DNA of 64,000 bases from Selaginella moellendorffii. Lineage: Eukaryota; Plantae; Lycopodiophyta. The translations under genes and the position numbers were made by a program. Shown here piece after piece: positions 61,468 through 64,000 of this stretch; position 1 is the first letter of the stretch, and each line of letters begins with the position of its first letter. The notes under the pieces are model-generated. The model had not been told where the DNA came from. It searched no databases and saw only the letters and a program-made list of their open reading frames with translations. The stretch covers positions 162,575 through 226,574 of the forward strand of contig NW_003314354.1 of assembly GCF_000143415.4 (NCBI RefSeq), written 5' to 3'.

Positions 61468-63500
61468 TCAAATCCTCGAGAATTGCCTCTTGTCGCCACA
61501 GCCTCGTTTTTCATGAGGATTTTTGACGCTGAAAGCGTGTGCCGACGACGCCTTTCTCTTCCCGCCAGCCTTTCTGTGCTTGGCTGCGTTGTTGTGAATG
61601 ATCGAGCAGCCGGGTGGGATAGATTTGAGGCAAAACGACGCTCCAAGAGCCTCCAAGACCCAGCAGTTCATTGAACAAGAGCTCTTGGCAAAGGGAAAAG
61701 AGAGCGAACCTGAAAATCGAGTTTGTGGACGTCGAAGACACTTTTGAGCGTATGGGCGTGGTACGAGTGGAGATAAGACTTGAAAGCGTCTGCAGCCAAG
61801 CGACGCATGGTTTGGACCTCGAGTAGCTGAGTTTCCTGCAAAACAGTGAGAACAAGAATGAAAAGCGGATGAAAAAGGAACAAGCAGATTGGACATCACA
61901 AACCAGAAAACTCTGAATGTTGAGCAACTTCGAAGTTCCATAAGCAGATGGAATAGATCAAAAGAAAAATAGAGGAAAGAAAAGCCATACATTAAGGTCA
62001 CGAAGGAAATCAAGCTCCTGAGGCAGCAGAAACAATACAGCCTGGCAACGGGCACCCTCTCCGCGAGCGGTCCGGCCAACTCGGTGAATATATTCCTGTG
62101 AAGAAAGAAGGCAAGCTTTCATCAGCAAAAACAAGGAAAATAGGCCAACCTTATGGTCGTACTGGATAATCCAGTCCTGAAGGAACAAAGAACTCAGAAA
62201 ACCATTGCCACAATCCCACTCTTCCATAACATATTGCAAAAACAATGCTTACCACGGCAGGAATGTCCAGAACTCGGGCCACAACATCGGTACAGAGGAG
62301 GAACCCAGATTCCGCTGCACAAAACTACGTAAACCTCGTCGACTGCTTCATCTTCTTAACAGGCGAAACAGTTCGAAGTGGAACTTGACGGACTTACAAG
62401 AAGAGAAGAAGACCATCACCTGGAACACTTGTTCTTAAGTTCCGAGCAACTAGAGATGCCTGTTTTCTTTGCTTTTTACCTTCTTTTTGTTGTTCTTCTA
62501 CAGGAATGTGTCATGAGAAGCAAGAGCCGCTTCTCGGTGGGCACCACACAGTAGCCTTGCTCCAGGCCTTATACAGTAGACTAAATCCACAATCAGCTCA
62601 AACCTGACAGAGTTTTACTGGTTATGTTGCTGCAGAAGGCAGATCGACAAACTGTGATGTTTTCTGCAACTCAAACACAGAAGGCGAGCTTAAAATTTTT
62701 CGCTTCTCCTTATGCTGCCTCCAAGCCTGCCAATCTGTTCAGGCATGGAAAAGCATTCGCATCGCTTACAAAACATTTGCTATGCTTACCGCAGGTTTCT
62801 CCTTATACGCGTTTTCGGTGATCAATAGGTGGAAGATCATGCAAAACTGACGCTCAAGGATCCAGTCTATATCGAGGTCGTATCTAATCAGGTAGGAGAA
62901 TGAGAACTGCCTGAAGTATTTTAGACTTCACACATTGCCTCATTTCCTCCTCAAATCCGATGTCAAGCAGCCGGTCCGCTTCGTCGATTATCAAGTACTG
63001 AAAACAGTGCGCAAAGGAATAGAAACTTCAAACCATATATGAAAGAATCACCTTCAAGTTGTGATAGATCCATCCTCCACGTCCACTGTCAGCAGTGCTC
63101 CTGAGATGATCCAGGAGCTTTCCAGGAGTAGCAACGAGGAGATTCACTCCTTCGGCCTCGGCTTTACGATTCGAGCCTCCGATGATCACCATATGCGTCT
63201 GGGTGTGCGCTGACATAAGTTTCCTTGCAATTCCATGGATCTGTGGCTTTAGAAGATTAAGAGAAAGCAAGAAGAAAAAAAAGAAAAGAAACACTAACCT
63301 GGCTTGCCAATTCTCTTGTGGGAGAGAGAATAAGAAAGTTGATTTGTGCTCGGTTGAGAAACTCCAACGCGGGCACCAGGAATGCCAAAGTCTTTCCGGT
63401 GCCAGTGCAGGATGCTCCCAGCACGTCGCAACCAACCAGCAACTTTGGAATGGACCGCGCTTGAATCTGGATAGAGCTCTGCTCGTAATGGAACCCTAAA
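61468..63500 (-). pseudogene. HAS1/DDX18-type DEAD-box RNA helicase (RH27/RH51-like) pseudogene with an internal inversion (5' end approximate)
   Basis: [61 protein letters not shown]; in-frame stop and deletions. The motif-III exon (FSATQT) lies on the opposite strand at 62602-62893. Confidence 0.88.
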
Positions 63501-64000
63501 AATCCCGAATGTCTATGGCGGCAAGAAGAAATGTTAGACAAGATTCTATCTTTCCTCGACATTCCTGATCTCAAAAGCCTTGCGCGCGTCTTTTGGGCGA
63601 TCTCCTGGATTCACTGGTGTCCCCCGGACGATCCACCTCCACCTCCGTGAAGCCCATACGGCCAGTGGAGCCATTGGCTCCCCGCGTCCTCATGTAGAAG
63701 AGAACTCGATAATGATTTCGCTCAATCCTGGGGACGCACAAAGGTACCATCATTTTTGATCTCGCAAACGGCCGTCTGGCTGCAGCAGACGTATCACGAG
63801 CTCGGGATCACGCTCCCACCGGAGGTGAATCGCAAAGCGAGCACCAGGCTGGCATCAATGCTCGAGGACGGGAAAGACATTGTCTTGGTGATCAGCTTGC
63901 AAGCGATCGCGCTGGTGGAGACACGGATCGTGGATGGGTTCGAAGGTGGCCAGAGCCAAAGAGAATGGGCATCGCATGTCTACTCTGGGGATGATCTCTG

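Noticed and set aside
63571-64000. Possible coding fragments at the window end
   Set aside because: No recognisable family; truncated by the window edge.

Overview
Compact, gene-dense land-plant genomic DNA. Short ~50-70 bp introns, PLS-class PPR genes and GC-rich exons suggest a lycophyte such as Selaginella (inference, not verified). Apparently intact genes: arogenate dehydratase, PLS-PPR, F-box/PP2, MEE22-like, SCL32-like GRAS, GDSL/SGNH esterase, FBL4-like, kinesin-8, E2F, UGT, LRR-RLK (At2g16250-like), STT3A, an HD-superfamily hydrolase and a Crinkler-type (Ubl-NTPase-REase) gene. Pseudogenes: a UGT, a PPR fragment, an AP-4 beta fragment, a second NTPase-REase, and a HAS1-type DEAD-box gene with an internal inversion. 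A ~15 kb nested LTR island (32-46.7 kb) separates the two UGT copies. Main highlights: (1) a complete 5S-rRNA-bearing Cassandra-type TRIM whose internal domain is homologous to both ends of the internal region of the large Ty3/gypsy-type element it sits in, with a covarying hairpin shared between them, pointing to a candidate progenitor/helper lineage; (2) two composite insertions that appear to have been integrated through two like ends under a single TSD; (3) a tight NTPase-REase / HD-hydrolase cluster.
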